Positions 36,352-47,462 of a stretch of DNA of 64,000 nt are shown piece by piece. Source of the DNA: a virus (lineage: Duplodnaviria > Heunggongvirae > Uroviricota > Caudoviricetes); IMG/VR virus record IMGVR_UViG_3300029841_000003, one strand, 5' to 3'. The notes beneath the pieces were generated by a model that did not search any database, was not told where the DNA came from, and worked only from the letters and a program-made list of their open reading frames with translations. The stretch's first letter is position 1. Each line of letters starts with the position of its first letter. Both the position numbers and the translations under genes were made by a program.

Positions 36352-37650
36352 ATGTATTGTGCTTACATTACTGAGCTTAAGCAACTTCGTAAACACAGCA
36401 ATGCTGATAGGCTCCAGCTTGGTACCGTTTTTGGAAATACGGTTATTGTTGATTTAAGTTATTACGAAGGGCAGAAAGTTGTATTTTTCCCGGTTGATGG
36501 TCAGCTAGGAGAAGAATTTGCAAAAGAAAACAATTTACTGCGTATTAAAAATGAAGATGGAACAACTACAGGTGGATATCTTGATCCTGTAAAACGAAAC
36601 ATTAAAGCTATGAGACTGCGAGGTGAAAAATCAGAAGGATTGGTTTTACCAGTAGAATCTCTTAGTAAATGGACTGATATAAATAAATTATCTTTAGGAG
36701 ATCAAATTACTGTACTTGATGGGACAGTTATCTGTAAAAAATATATTCCAAGATCAAATCATAAAAAATCTAACAATGGTCCGAAAGTAAAAACTCCAAA
36801 TTTAAAAAACAAATTTCCTTATTTTAAAGAACATGCTGATACAGAACAGTTAGCATATAACTTAAATGCCTTTAAACCAGGAGATACTTGTTACATTACT
36901 TTGAAAATGCATGGCACATCTGGTCGAACAGCAAATGCAATAGAAGTAACTACTAAGAAAAAGACTCTACTACAGAAACTTTTTTGTAGACCGGCTCCTG
37001 TTATCAAAGAATGGAAAATAGTTACTGGAACAAGAAGAGTTGTACTCAATACATTTGAAGGCGGTTACTATGGGAATGATAAATTTAGACAGAAATATCA
37101 TGACTACTTTATTGACAAACTGCCAAAAGGAATGGAAGTGTTTTATGAAATCGTAGGGTGGGTTGATGGTACAGAGCAGACCATTATGGGAACCTGTTCC
37201 AACACTAAAATTAAAGATAAAGAAGTTAAGAAGCTTTACGGTGATGAAACAGTGTTCTCTTATGGGTGTACTCCTGGTACTTCTGATATTTATGTTTATA
37301 GAATGACTATGACCAATGAAGATGGGATTATTACAGAGATTCCATGGGAAGAAGTAAAGAATTGGTGTGATCGTTTAGGAGTTAAACATGTACCTGAATT
37401 TGATAAATTCCTGTTTACTACTAAAGAAGATCTTATGGAGCGTGTAGAAAAATACTATGATGGGCCTGATCCAATAGGGGCGACACATGTTAGAGAAGGT
37501 GTAGTTGTAAGAATTGATAATAGAAGTAGCTTTAAGGCTTATAAACACAAGAATTTCACTTTCAAGGTCCTTGAAGGATTGATAAAAGATTCCTCTGATA
37601 CACCGGATATGGAAGAGGCACAAGAAATTATTGAGGAGGAAACTGTATGA
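36352..37650 (+). CDS. ATP-dependent RNA ligase (Rnl2-like nucleotidyltransferase)
   Basis: The motif I variant LKMHGTS (K-x-H-G, as in T4 Rnl2 KIHGTN) sits within a 432-aa protein. It is neighboured by phosphoesterases and an HD phosphohydrolase. Confidence 0.5.
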   Translation: MYCAYITELKQLRKHSNADRLQLGTVFGNTVIVDLSYYEGQKVVFFPVDGQLGEEFAKENNLLRIKNEDGTTTGGYLDPVKRNIKAMRLRGEKSEGLVLPVESLSKWTDINKLSLGDQITVLDGTVICKKYIPRSNHKKSNNGPKVKTPNLKNKFPYFKEHADTEQLAYNLNAFKPGDTCYITLKMHGTSGRTANAIEVTTKKKTLLQKLFCRPAPVIKEWKIVTGTRRVVLNTFEGGYYGNDKFRQKYHDYFIDKLPKGMEVFYEIVGWVDGTEQTIMGTCSNTKIKDKEVKKLYGDETVFSYGCTPGTSDIYVYRMTMTNEDGIITEIPWEEVKNWCDRLGVKHVPEFDKFLFTTKEDLMERVEKYYDGPDPIGATHVREGVVVRIDNRSSFKAYKHKNFTFKVLEGLIKDSSDTPDMEEAQEIIEEETV

Positions 37651-38417
37651 CATTAGCAGAGAGATTTTTTAAGGAAGAATTAGAAGTATTTGAAAATGAT
37701 GATATTCAGGAATTTTGTATTGAATTACTAGATACTGCGCCTACATATTTCTGGCAAGTGTCTGCTTCAAGTACTAACAAGTATCACCCTGATTATACAG
37801 TTGGTTTTATGGGACTTGCTAAACATGTAAAAGGAGCAACTAGATTCTTAAATCATATGCTGTCAATTGATTGTATCAAGAGTCAGTTTACATCAAGAGA
37901 AAGAGATATGCTACGAACAGCTATTATGAACCATGATGATGAAAAACTTGGGCGTAATGGCAGTCAATATACTCTTTTTAAACACCCGTTACTTATAGCT
38001 GAGAGAATAAAATCCTATAAAGGATTTGAATGGTTGCCGGATGAAGAATTGGATTATATTGCAGACTGTTGCGCCTCACATATGGGTGAATGGAACACAG
38101 ATAAAAGAAGTAAAGATGAGCTGCCATTACCAGAAACAAAAGGTCAGATGATAGTTCACTTAGCAGATTATTTAGCATCAAGAAAAGATTTAACAGTATC
38201 TTTTGATGAAACTGAAGTAGATGAACTGATGAAAGAATTCAAACCTACACCAGAAACATATCTTATGCCATTCGGCAAACATAAGGGAGAACCACTCTCT
38301 GAAATTCCAGATAGTTATTTAGGATGGTTGAATGATCAGAATCCATCAGAACCTCTGAAAACACTACTTGCTGAAGCTTTAGGCATTAGCGGAAGCATCT
38401 TTGAAGAGGAGGAATGA
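37647..38417 (+). CDS. HD-domain phosphohydrolase
   Basis: H...HD...H...H...D pattern (KYHPDY, AKH, MNHDDEK, ASHMGEW, HLADYL). Confidence 0.5.
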   Translation: MTLAERFFKEELEVFENDDIQEFCIELLDTAPTYFWQVSASSTNKYHPDYTVGFMGLAKHVKGATRFLNHMLSIDCIKSQFTSRERDMLRTAIMNHDDEKLGRNGSQYTLFKHPLLIAERIKSYKGFEWLPDEELDYIADCCASHMGEWNTDKRSKDELPLPETKGQMIVHLADYLASRKDLTVSFDETEVDELMKEFKPTPETYLMPFGKHKGEPLSEIPDSYLGWLNDQNPSEPLKTLLAEALGISGSIFEEEE

Positions 38418-38592
38418 GATGGAAACACGAACAACATTATGCCAGTGCACTCGTTGTGCTTCAGTGTTTGAATGGAATGAAAGAAAAAATAATAGATGTC
38501 CAGAATGCAAAGGCATATATACAGTTATTAGATTCGCTAACCCGTCAGATGAAGAATATTTAGATAGAGTTAGCATGAGATTTAGTGAATAA
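38401..38592 (+). CDS. zinc-ribbon small protein
   Basis: CQCTRC ... CPEC (two CxxC pairs) in 63 aa. Confidence 0.35.
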   Translation: MKRRNEMETRTTLCQCTRCASVFEWNERKNNRCPECKGIYTVIRFANPSDEEYLDRVSMRFSE

Positions 38593-38657
38593 GTCGTTCA
38601 ATCATGAACGCTTATCAATATACCAAACAATATTATTTATAAGAGGAGACAATATTC

Positions 38658-39578
38658 ATGAGTGAAAAAACAAATTTAAGACAGGCAGACACAAAAGTAG
38701 AAGTAGTTGGTATTGTAAGCGAAAACACACTGGAAGAGTCAGTAAGAGATGGTAAAAAAGTTATTAGCGGTGACATTACAGTACAGACAGGAGACATTAA
38801 CTTTGTAACATTTAGAGTGTATATCAATGAGAAAAAGAATGACGGCACAGATAATGGCTATTATGTAGGCATTGAAACTGTAATGAGAGAATATCAGTCT
38901 ATTGCTAAAGTTGGTAAAGACGCAGCTACAAGAGTAACTGTTACAGATGGTCAAATCAGACCTCGTTCTTACGTTGGAAAAGATAAACAGGTACATGTAG
39001 GTATTTCTTATCAGACAATGATTTTTAAGCGTTATGATGGAGCCCCAGAGAAATTCGAGCCTCGTGCTTGGTTTGAAGTAGAAATGGCAATTGCTTCTAT
39101 TACTCCAGAACTTTATACATCTGGTGAGAATAAAGGTGAAGAAACAGGCCGAGCTATCGTAAAAGGATGGGTGCCTACATACGCAGGAATTGAGCCAATG
39201 ACCTTATATGCTCCAGCAGAAGATGGAATTGCAGAAGCAATTTTAGATGATTATGCACCAAATCAGACTGTTAAGTTCTATGGTGATATTGTAAATAGTC
39301 GTGCAGAAATCACAAAAGAAATTCCTGTAAAAATTGGTAAACCAAGATTTGAGAAGAAAACGATCTATAAAAATGAAATGATTATTACAAATGCTTCTGA
39401 TGCTTACGGTGAGGATAGTGAAACACCAACTCCAGAACCATATGACATTGGTGCAATTTCTCAGGCAATTACTGATAGAGAAGTTCGCTTAGAGGAAGAG
39501 AAAGCAAAAGCTAAACAGCCAGAGACAGCAACTTCTGCCGCAACAACTAAAGCTAGACCAAAACTTCCTAATTTTTAA
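38658..39578 (+). CDS. putative phage ssDNA-binding protein (DUF2815-like)
   Basis: Sits in the typical module position upstream of the AAA_24 ATPase, with a strong RBS and a C-terminal tail ending PKLPNF. The assignment rests on context and is weak. Confidence 0.35.
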   Translation: MSEKTNLRQADTKVEVVGIVSENTLEESVRDGKKVISGDITVQTGDINFVTFRVYINEKKNDGTDNGYYVGIETVMREYQSIAKVGKDAATRVTVTDGQIRPRSYVGKDKQVHVGISYQTMIFKRYDGAPEKFEPRAWFEVEMAIASITPELYTSGENKGEETGRAIVKGWVPTYAGIEPMTLYAPAEDGIAEAILDDYAPNQTVKFYGDIVNSRAEITKEIPVKIGKPRFEKKTIYKNEMIITNASDAYGEDSETPTPEPYDIGAISQAITDREVRLEEEKAKAKQPETATSAATTKARPKLPNF

Positions 39579-39630
39579 TCTATAAACAAGTTTGTAAAAA
39601 TATAAATAGTAAAATTAAAGGAGATTACAT

Positions 39631-40629
39631 ATGACAGATAGTATTTTTGAACCAGAAGTAAGCGTTGTAGCACATGGCCTTGAAGGAAAAGTAATTATGC
39701 TTTATGGCACAAACAATACGGGAAAAACTTATAATTGCGCAAAGATGAAGAATGCTTTGTTCTTCATGTGTGAGAATGGTTTAGGTGCTCAGGCAGGAGT
39801 TAAACATAAAATGATTAACAACTGGAGAATGTTCACTAAGTACATCAAAGAACTTACTGATCCTAAAACAGTAGAAAGAGCTAAAGAGATTTATTCCACT
39901 ATTGTTATTGATGAAGTATATGCTTCCTCTCTGTTTTGCCAGAAATTCGTATGTGACACATATGGTGGAGGATGCATTTCTCTTGGAGCCAATGAAAACA
40001 GCAAAGTAAATCTTTATCAGATTTATGAACGTATTTATTGGGAACAGATTCAGAAATTAGTAACTTCCGGGTATACAGTGGTATTCGTTGCACATGCAGA
40101 CGAAAAAGATGGCTTTATTCAGCCTAAGGGAGACAAGCGCTGTATTAAACCAATTGTAGATAATTGTGACGTAGTGGCTTACCTTGAGCCAAATGGCGTA
40201 GATGAAGATGGACATGTAATTAAATCTTCTGCTTATTTTGCACAGACAGATAAGTTCTTCGCTCGTTCAAGATATGATTTCATGGTAACTAAAATTGAAG
40301 AGTTTACAGCAGATAATTTAGAGAAAGCAATTTCTGATGCAATCACTAAACAGGAAGAAGCTGACGGTATTAAATCAGTATCCTATGATGAGCAGCAGTC
40401 TATGTATGAAGAAAAAGAAACAATGTCCTTTGAACAGCTTCAGGAAGAGATTGCCCTTTGGGGAGGTAAACTAGCTGCCTCAGATCATATGGAAACATTG
40501 ACAGATATTGTAGAGCAGACTCTTGGTGTCGGGAAGAAAGTATCTCAGTGTACTAAAAAGCAGACTGAGGCTATGAGTATTATTCTCGAAGACATTAAGG
40601 ATGCTTGTGCTGAATTAGGAGTGGCGTAA
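39631..40629 (+). CDS. AAA_24/Sak4-like RecA-fold ATPase (phage nucleotide-binding protein)
   Basis: Walker A VIMLYGTNNTGKTY with a RecA-like core, preceding the helicase/primase genes. Confidence 0.5.
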   Translation: MTDSIFEPEVSVVAHGLEGKVIMLYGTNNTGKTYNCAKMKNALFFMCENGLGAQAGVKHKMINNWRMFTKYIKELTDPKTVERAKEIYSTIVIDEVYASSLFCQKFVCDTYGGGCISLGANENSKVNLYQIYERIYWEQIQKLVTSGYTVVFVAHADEKDGFIQPKGDKRCIKPIVDNCDVVAYLEPNGVDEDGHVIKSSAYFAQTDKFFARSRYDFMVTKIEEFTADNLEKAISDAITKQEEADGIKSVSYDEQQSMYEEKETMSFEQLQEEIALWGGKLAASDHMETLTDIVEQTLGVGKKVSQCTKKQTEAMSIILEDIKDACAELGVA

Positions 40630-41222
40630 TGCCAAGGGCAATGTACATTTGCCCGGTATGTCATAAAAATGTACTTGCTTCGAAAGCTATTCATATAAAA
40701 ACCAGATACTATCATAAAGCTTGTCTTGATAAAAAAATCAAGAAAGAAAAAGAAAAGATTGACAATGATAAACTGACGAAGAAGCAAAGGGAACAATATG
40801 AGAGAGCGCTGAAACAAAGTGCTCTCCCTGAAATCCCTGAAGCAGTTCCAGAAAGTGAAGCCCAGGCAGCAGAAAAATTCTTTAGCAAAGTGGAGCAAAT
40901 ACAGGGTAAATGCACAGCGAAAAGTTCAGCAATGGCTTATAAATACAAAAAAATGTATGAAGGATTTACTTGGGAAGGAATGGAACAGACTTTAGAATAT
41001 TGTTTTTCTATAGTTGGATTAGAAGCCAGGAAAGATGAAGATAGTGACATTGTTGGATTAATTCCTTGGTATTATGACCAAGCTCAGGCATTTTATGCAC
41101 AGCTAGACAGTATAGAACCTTCAAAAGTAGATTTGGATAAGATTTATAAAAAGAAGCATATAAAAGTATCGCCTAAAAAGAAAAATGTAGATTTGATTGA
41201 TATAAGCAAAATAGGGGAGTGA
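40629..41222 (+). CDS. zinc-finger and coiled-coil protein (possible helicase-loader/replication accessory)
   Basis: N-terminal CPVCHK...HKAC, Lys-rich coiled coil, immediately upstream of the dnaB-like gene. Confidence 0.3.
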   Translation: MPRAMYICPVCHKNVLASKAIHIKTRYYHKACLDKKIKKEKEKIDNDKLTKKQREQYERALKQSALPEIPEAVPESEAQAAEKFFSKVEQIQGKCTAKSSAMAYKYKKMYEGFTWEGMEQTLEYCFSIVGLEARKDEDSDIVGLIPWYYDQAQAFYAQLDSIEPSKVDLDKIYKKKHIKVSPKKKNVDLIDISKIGE

Positions 41223-42835
41223 ATATGTTAATTGACAAACACGCCACTCTTCAATGTTTAGGATGTATTATGAAGAAACCTTCCCTTTTGGAAGAATACA
41301 CACTTACACAGTATGACTTTGAAGAAGAACAATTTTACGCAATATTATTTTCATGTGTGTATAATCTCTACAACCAAGGGGTAGAGATTATAGATACATT
41401 TGCTATAGATAGTTTTCTTTCAAGATATGAGAAACAATATAAAATTTTCAACGATAATCAAGGAATTGATTATTGTGACGATGCCATTCGTTTGGCTGAA
41501 TTGGAAAATTTTAGTTACTACCTGGAACGCTTGAAGAAATTTAGTCTTTTAAGATATTGGGATTCATGTGGAGTAGACATAAGGAACATCTATGATCAAA
41601 CAATCATTGATCCTAGCAGACAAGAACAGCAAGCAGCTAAATTAGATGCAACTTCAATAAATGATATGATTCTGGAAGAAGAGGATCTGCTCATTACGAA
41701 AGCAAAAATGCTCTATGGAATGGATTCTTCGAGAAGGGGTCAGCTTGCCGGTAAGGGAATGAAAGAACTGAAAGAAAGATTGAAAGAAGAACCAGAGTTT
41801 GGAATACCTTTACAGAGCCCTATGATGACTACTATTGCTAGAGGGGCGAGACTTAAAAAGGTCTATCTTCGTTCTGCTGATTCTGGTGGAGGAAAGACAA
41901 GGACTGCATTGGCAGATATCTGTAATATTTCAATCCCTTATTTCTATGATACAGATAAAAAAGAATGGATTTACACTGGGTGTGAGGAACCATCTCTATT
42001 CATCTCTACTGAGTTAGAGGAAGACGAAGTACAGACTATCATTATGGCATACGTTTCCGGAGTACCAGAGAACAAGATTCTTGATGGAGACTATGAAGGA
42101 GATGAGGAAGAACGAGTAGATAAAGCTATTGAATATATTGCTACTTATCCTTTATATATAGAAATTATTAATGATTTTGGTATAGAAGATATATCAAATA
42201 TCATTAAAACTTATAAGAGAGAAAAAGGATGTCATTATTTCGTATTCGATTATATACATATGTCAGCTAAATTAATTGCTGAAGTTGCTTCTATGAGTAA
42301 AGGAATGAAATTGAGAGAAGATCAGACTTTGTTCTTATTCATGGACACTCTTAAGAATTTGGCTATGAAATTGGATATCTTTATTCTAACAATGACTCAG
42401 TTAAATGGTACATACAAAGATAGTCAGATTAAAGACGAAACAATGTTAAGAGGTGCAAAATCTCTAGCAGATAGAATTGACTTAGGTGAAATTTCACTGA
42501 GGCCAACAAGTGCAGAGTTAGAGTGTGTAAAGAAACTTATGCACAATATGTATGGAGTGCCAATACCCAATCTTGTAAGACACATATATAAAGTACGAAG
42601 AGGAAAACTGACAAAAATCCGTTTATGGCAATATGCTGATCTCTCTACTGGTAGAACTAAAGATTTATTTATTACAGACAACTATTATAACCTGATCGAA
42701 ACTGAAGTGGCTGTAGCTCAAATTGAGAAAGTAATTGAGGAACATTCTGAGAGCCTTGATGATATCCAGATTACTGATGATGAGCAACAAGAAGCTACGA
42801 GTACTTTATTGGGATCAATGCCATTTGATTTTTAG
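41219..42835 (+). CDS. DnaB-like replicative DNA helicase
   Basis: DnaB N-terminal domain-like start, Walker A (LRSADSGGGKTRTALA) and a RecA-like C-terminal domain. 538 aa. Confidence 0.7.
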   Translation: MNMLIDKHATLQCLGCIMKKPSLLEEYTLTQYDFEEEQFYAILFSCVYNLYNQGVEIIDTFAIDSFLSRYEKQYKIFNDNQGIDYCDDAIRLAELENFSYYLERLKKFSLLRYWDSCGVDIRNIYDQTIIDPSRQEQQAAKLDATSINDMILEEEDLLITKAKMLYGMDSSRRGQLAGKGMKELKERLKEEPEFGIPLQSPMMTTIARGARLKKVYLRSADSGGGKTRTALADICNISIPYFYDTDKKEWIYTGCEEPSLFISTELEEDEVQTIIMAYVSGVPENKILDGDYEGDEEERVDKAIEYIATYPLYIEIINDFGIEDISNIIKTYKREKGCHYFVFDYIHMSAKLIAEVASMSKGMKLREDQTLFLFMDTLKNLAMKLDIFILTMTQLNGTYKDSQIKDETMLRGAKSLADRIDLGEISLRPTSAELECVKKLMHNMYGVPIPNLVRHIYKVRRGKLTKIRLWQYADLSTGRTKDLFITDNYYNLIETEVAVAQIEKVIEEHSESLDDIQITDDEQQEATSTLLGSMPFDF

Positions 42836-42843
42836 GTGTACTG

Positions 42844-43980
42844 ATGCCTTACTATGATAAAAATGCAATATTAAAGGCTCTTACAAAGGAACAGGTAATC
42901 AAGATAGTTACCGATTTAGGATCAAAAGGATATAGAACAGACTCATCTGGGAATCTTATCTTTCAAACAATCTGTCATGGTGGCGATAGTTATAAGCTTT
43001 ATTACTATCATGAACCTACAGATCAGTATTCTGGAAGAACATTTCATTGCTACACCTCATGTAGCGAATCATTCTCTATTTTTGAATTAGTAATCAGAGC
43101 TAAAAGAGTACAAGGGATTACTTATACTTGGTATCAGGCGGTATCTTATATTGCTAATCAAATAGATATGAAAGCTGTTGAACATATTGAGAGACCAAAA
43201 CATATATGTGATATGTCGTGGCTCAAGAAGTTTGGGAAAAACAAATCTACAGACATTATAGACTGTGAACCTATAGATGAGCATGTATTAGAAATGTTTG
43301 AATATACTCCTCATGAAGTGTTTTTAAACGACCATATTTCCAGAGAGACGTTATCTACATTTGAAATATCTTATTGGGGTAATACAAATCAAATAGTTAT
43401 TCCTCATAGAGATAGACATCAAAATCTTATTGGTATAAGAGGAAGATATCTCGATGAAGAAGACGTAGAGAACATTGGAAAATATGTACCTCTTAATATA
43501 GAAGGAAAATTTCTAAGCCACAAGTTATCACATAATCTTTATGGTATTCATATTAACCAGAATAAGATTAAGACTTGTAGGAAATGTTTACTACTTGAGT
43601 CTGAGAAAGGAGTTATGCAAAATCATTCGTATTTTGGTGATGATGACTTTTCTTTAGCTGTATGTGGCAGTGAAATTTCAGATGAACAAATCAAATTGCT
43701 ACTCGATTATTTGAAGATAGAAGAATTAATTCTTGGTTTTGACAAAGAATATAAGGATCCGTATGGATGGGACGGTGAGCTGTACAAAAATAAATTATTT
43801 AAGAAAATACGTCCGATTATTCCATATTGTAAAGTATCAATCTTATGGGATAAAGATGGGGTGTTAGATTATAAGGATGCGCCTACAGATAAAGGCAAAG
43901 AAACATTATTAAAACTGCTTGATGACAAAGTAGAAATAACTATGGAAGATATCACGTTGGAGGGAACGTATTATGTATAG
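42844..43980 (+). CDS. DNA primase (DnaG/TOPRIM-like)
   Basis: N-terminal Zn-binding region (CHGGDS...HCYTSC), a TOPRIM-like acidic cluster (LLLESEKG ... GFDKEY) and its position between helicase and nuclease. Confidence 0.45.
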   Translation: MPYYDKNAILKALTKEQVIKIVTDLGSKGYRTDSSGNLIFQTICHGGDSYKLYYYHEPTDQYSGRTFHCYTSCSESFSIFELVIRAKRVQGITYTWYQAVSYIANQIDMKAVEHIERPKHICDMSWLKKFGKNKSTDIIDCEPIDEHVLEMFEYTPHEVFLNDHISRETLSTFEISYWGNTNQIVIPHRDRHQNLIGIRGRYLDEEDVENIGKYVPLNIEGKFLSHKLSHNLYGIHINQNKIKTCRKCLLLESEKGVMQNHSYFGDDDFSLAVCGSEISDEQIKLLLDYLKIEELILGFDKEYKDPYGWDGELYKNKLFKKIRPIIPYCKVSILWDKDGVLDYKDAPTDKGKETLLKLLDDKVEITMEDITLEGTYYV

Positions 43981-43991
43981 AAAGGCATTAA

Positions 43992-44978
43992 TTGACTGAA
44001 ATCAGTCAGAAAATCCGACAAGTAACTGAGGAGGATAAGGGGTTACCTTATCTCTCCTACAGTAAAGAGAGTAACTTTGATCACTGTCCACTGAGCCACA
44101 AATTAAAGTATATAGACAAAAACTTTTCAAAGAAATCGTCTCTTCCTATGGAAATTGGTTCTATTTTACATAAGGCATTAGAGCTTAAAGGAAGAATGAT
44201 AATGGAAGGTAAGACAGTAGATTATGACTATCTTAAAAGCATTACAGAAGAGGGCTATTTAGAGACTGATGAGAAGTCGGATAATCACATTCTTGGTATA
44301 AAAGACCTCAAAAAGAAATATTTTGATGAGTTTTTTACTGCTGATAGTAAGTCAGGTATGAACTATTCAGAAAAGATGGATATCTTTTATAACAAAGTAT
44401 TACCATCTAGGATTGATAGTAAAGAGTGGACTCCCGTAGCAGTAGAACAGAGATTTGAATTTGTATATGACGACAGAGTTATTATACATGGTTTTATTGA
44501 TAGAGTGGATAAGAATGCAAAAGAGCAGCTAAGGATTACTGACTATAAATCCTCAAAGGCCGTGTTTAGAGATGCAGATATAAAAACACCTATGCAACAT
44601 GTAATTTATGATCTGGCATGTATTCATTTATATGGACAGCCTGCAACAGACCATGTGTATGATTTTATTCTTATAGATGCTATTCAAGGAGCTGACGAAG
44701 GTGTATGTACCAAAGGCTATCTTAACAGAGGAATTAAGAAACTGGACAAGGTGTTAAATGAAATGGATGAAATGGAAATTAAAGGCGAGTATCCTCCCAA
44801 ACCAACTCCATTATGCTACTGGTGTCCATTCCACAGCACTTCCCCAAATGCTGATCCTAAGTTTTCTGGTCTATGTCAGTATCATAGCTTATGGACACCT
44901 GAGAAAAAATCATTTGCAGTACTTAATCCTTATGGACAAGAAATAAAGAAAGAAACTAAGAGAAAGTTGGTGTTCTAG
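43992..44978 (+). CDS. PD-(D/E)xK nuclease, Cas4/RecB-like with C-terminal Cys cluster
   Basis: IHGFIDRVD...ITDYKSSK motifs (D...D/ExK) and C-terminal CYWCPF...C (Fe-S/Zn cluster), typical of the DUF2800/Cas4 family. Confidence 0.55.
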   Translation: MTEISQKIRQVTEEDKGLPYLSYSKESNFDHCPLSHKLKYIDKNFSKKSSLPMEIGSILHKALELKGRMIMEGKTVDYDYLKSITEEGYLETDEKSDNHILGIKDLKKKYFDEFFTADSKSGMNYSEKMDIFYNKVLPSRIDSKEWTPVAVEQRFEFVYDDRVIIHGFIDRVDKNAKEQLRITDYKSSKAVFRDADIKTPMQHVIYDLACIHLYGQPATDHVYDFILIDAIQGADEGVCTKGYLNRGIKKLDKVLNEMDEMEIKGEYPPKPTPLCYWCPFHSTSPNADPKFSGLCQYHSLWTPEKKSFAVLNPYGQEIKKETKRKLVF

Positions 44979-47462
44979 TGAGAATAGAGACACATGCGCA
45001 TACAGAATTTAGTCAGCTTCGTATGTTGGACTGCATCGTAAAAGTACCTCAATTAATAAAACAAGCTGCATCTCTTGGACTTTCAGGAGTTGCTATCACT
45101 GACCATGAGTCTGTATCTGGTCATGTGAGATTTATTCAAACAATTAAATCCATGAAGTCTTCCGGTGAACTGCCGGAAGATTTCAAAGGAATACTTGGTA
45201 ATGAAATATATTTAGTTGACAAATTAAATATATCAGAAGATGGAAAGAAGTCTTGTGATTCTCCATTTTATCATTATATTCTTCTGGCTAAAGATGAAAT
45301 AGGGCATAAGCAGTTAAGAGAACTTAGTTCATTAGCATGGGACAACAGTTTTTATACAGGAAGGATGGAACGTGTTCCTACATTGAAAAGTGATCTGGAA
45401 CATGTAGTTAAATCTAATCCTGGACATCTGATTTCAACGACAGCATGTTTAGGAGGAGAATTAGGCAAGTCTCTATTAGCAGGAGAAAATTATATGGATT
45501 TTCTTCTCTGGAACCAGCAGTTATTTGGTAAAGATTTTTACTTGGAAATGCAACCGGGACTGTCAGAAGAACAGATAAAGTTGAATCGAGAGATTGTAAA
45601 ATTAAAGCATCAATTAGGAATAAAAGCTACTATTGCCTGTGATGTCCACTATTTGAAACAAGAGGATAGAGAAATTCATGCTGCTTATCTTAATAGTCGC
45701 GATGATGAAGAAAGAGAGTTAGGTGATTTCTATGAATCAACTTGGATGATGACCAATGAGCAAATTCATCAGAGGATGGATTATCTTGGGTATGAAGAAG
45801 TGGAAGATGCATTGAAGTGTTCTCTGGAGATTGGTGAGAAGGTTGAAGAGTATGATTTGTATTGTCCAACTATTGTTCCTGGAGCTGACATCCCTGATTT
45901 TGAGTTAAGTGATTTCTTTGGCAATTATTATGATCGCTATGAATACATATCTAAATTCGCTCATAGTGATAATGTTTATGATAGATATTTATTAAAACTG
46001 ATAGAAGATGGATATTATGAAAAGATTCCTTATACTACTTTCGGTAAAGTAAAATTTTTTGAGACTTTAGATAGAATTGAAGTTGAATTAAAAGAAATGT
46101 GGCTTGTTACTGAAAAGCTTGGTACAAGTATTTCTTCCTATTATATATCAACACTTGAGTTGGTTAATATTATGTGGGAAGAAGGAGATTCTTTAGTGGG
46201 TGTAGCCAGAGGTTCAGTAACAGGAATGTTTACAATGTATCTCATTGGCATTACTCAGATGAATCCTTTACAGTGGGGACTGCCTCATTGGAGACATATT
46301 TCCCATGAAAAAGTTGAACTCAGTGACGTAGATATCGACACACAGCAAGATAGAAGACTAAAAATCATTGAAGCTGTGAAACGTCGCAGAGGTGAAAGAA
46401 AAGTACTTAATTGTAGTACTTTTAAAACAGAGGGTAGTAAATCAGCTATTATTACTGCTGGTAGAGGATTAGGATTAGATTCAGATATCACTCAGTATTT
46501 ATCTAATCTTATCCCTGTTACCAGAGGTCAAACTTGGAGTTTGCATGATTGTCTTTATGGGAACGAAGAGAAAGAACGTCAGAGACAAACTGAATTTGCA
46601 AATGAAGTCAAAAAATACGACAAACTTTTAGAAACGGCTATGACTATTGAAGGGCTTATATGTGGAAGAAGTATACATGCTTCAGCAGTATATTTGTTTA
46701 ATGAAGATTTTTTGGCTCACAATGCTAGGATGAAAGCTCCAAACGGTATTTATATCACTCAATTTAATATGAAAGATTCTGATTATTGTTCTGGTCTTAA
46801 AATGGATTTCTTAACCATTCAGGCATTAGATAAGATTAGAACTTGTATGAATTTGCTAATTGATGCGGGATATATGAAATGGCAAGGATCACTGAGAGCT
46901 ACATATAATAAATATTTACATCCAGATGTACTTGATTATGATACTAAAGAAATGTGGGATATGGTTGCAAAGAATGATGTGACAGATCTCTTTCAGTTTG
47001 ATACTGCAGTTGGGCTCCAGGCAGCTAAACGAATCAAACCCCATTCCTTAGTAGAGCTTGCAACTGCGAACTCAATTATGAGACTTATGGTATCAGGAGA
47101 AGGCGCTGAACAGCCCATTGACACTTATATTAGGTATAAGAATGATATTAATGAATGGTACAAATGCATGAGAGATGAGTACCGTTTGACAGAAAGTGAA
47201 ATAAAAATATTAGAGAAATATCTATTACCTGTATATGGAGTAGGAGATACACAGGAAATTGTAATGGAAATTTCTATGGATGATCATATTTCAGGATTCA
47301 ATGTTACACAGAGTAATAAGTTAAGAAAAGGTATTGCTAAAAAAGATGAAAAACTGCAGGAAGCTATGAAAAAGATGTTCTTTGAACATGGCAAAGAGAT
47401 TGGAACTTCAGAGAATCTGCTGAACTATATCTGGAAAGAAGTTATAGGAAAGCAGCTTGGGT
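44978..47462 (+). CDS. dnaE: DNA polymerase III alpha subunit (DnaE-type), exon 1
   Basis: PHP domain N-terminus (ETHAHTEFS...ITDHESV) and the polymerase core. The exon ends ...KQLG-Y. The ORF-track read-through tail (LNTAQVKPCERMQ...) is intron sequence. Confidence 0.75.

Noticed and set aside
36196-36354. ~52-aa ORF (MKKKITDTYNKGFHIGKLYG...) between the phosphoesterase and the RNA ligase
   Set aside because: It is plausible, since it fills the gap and lies on the + strand. However, it is below the ORF-track threshold and has no recognisable features, so it is left unannotated.
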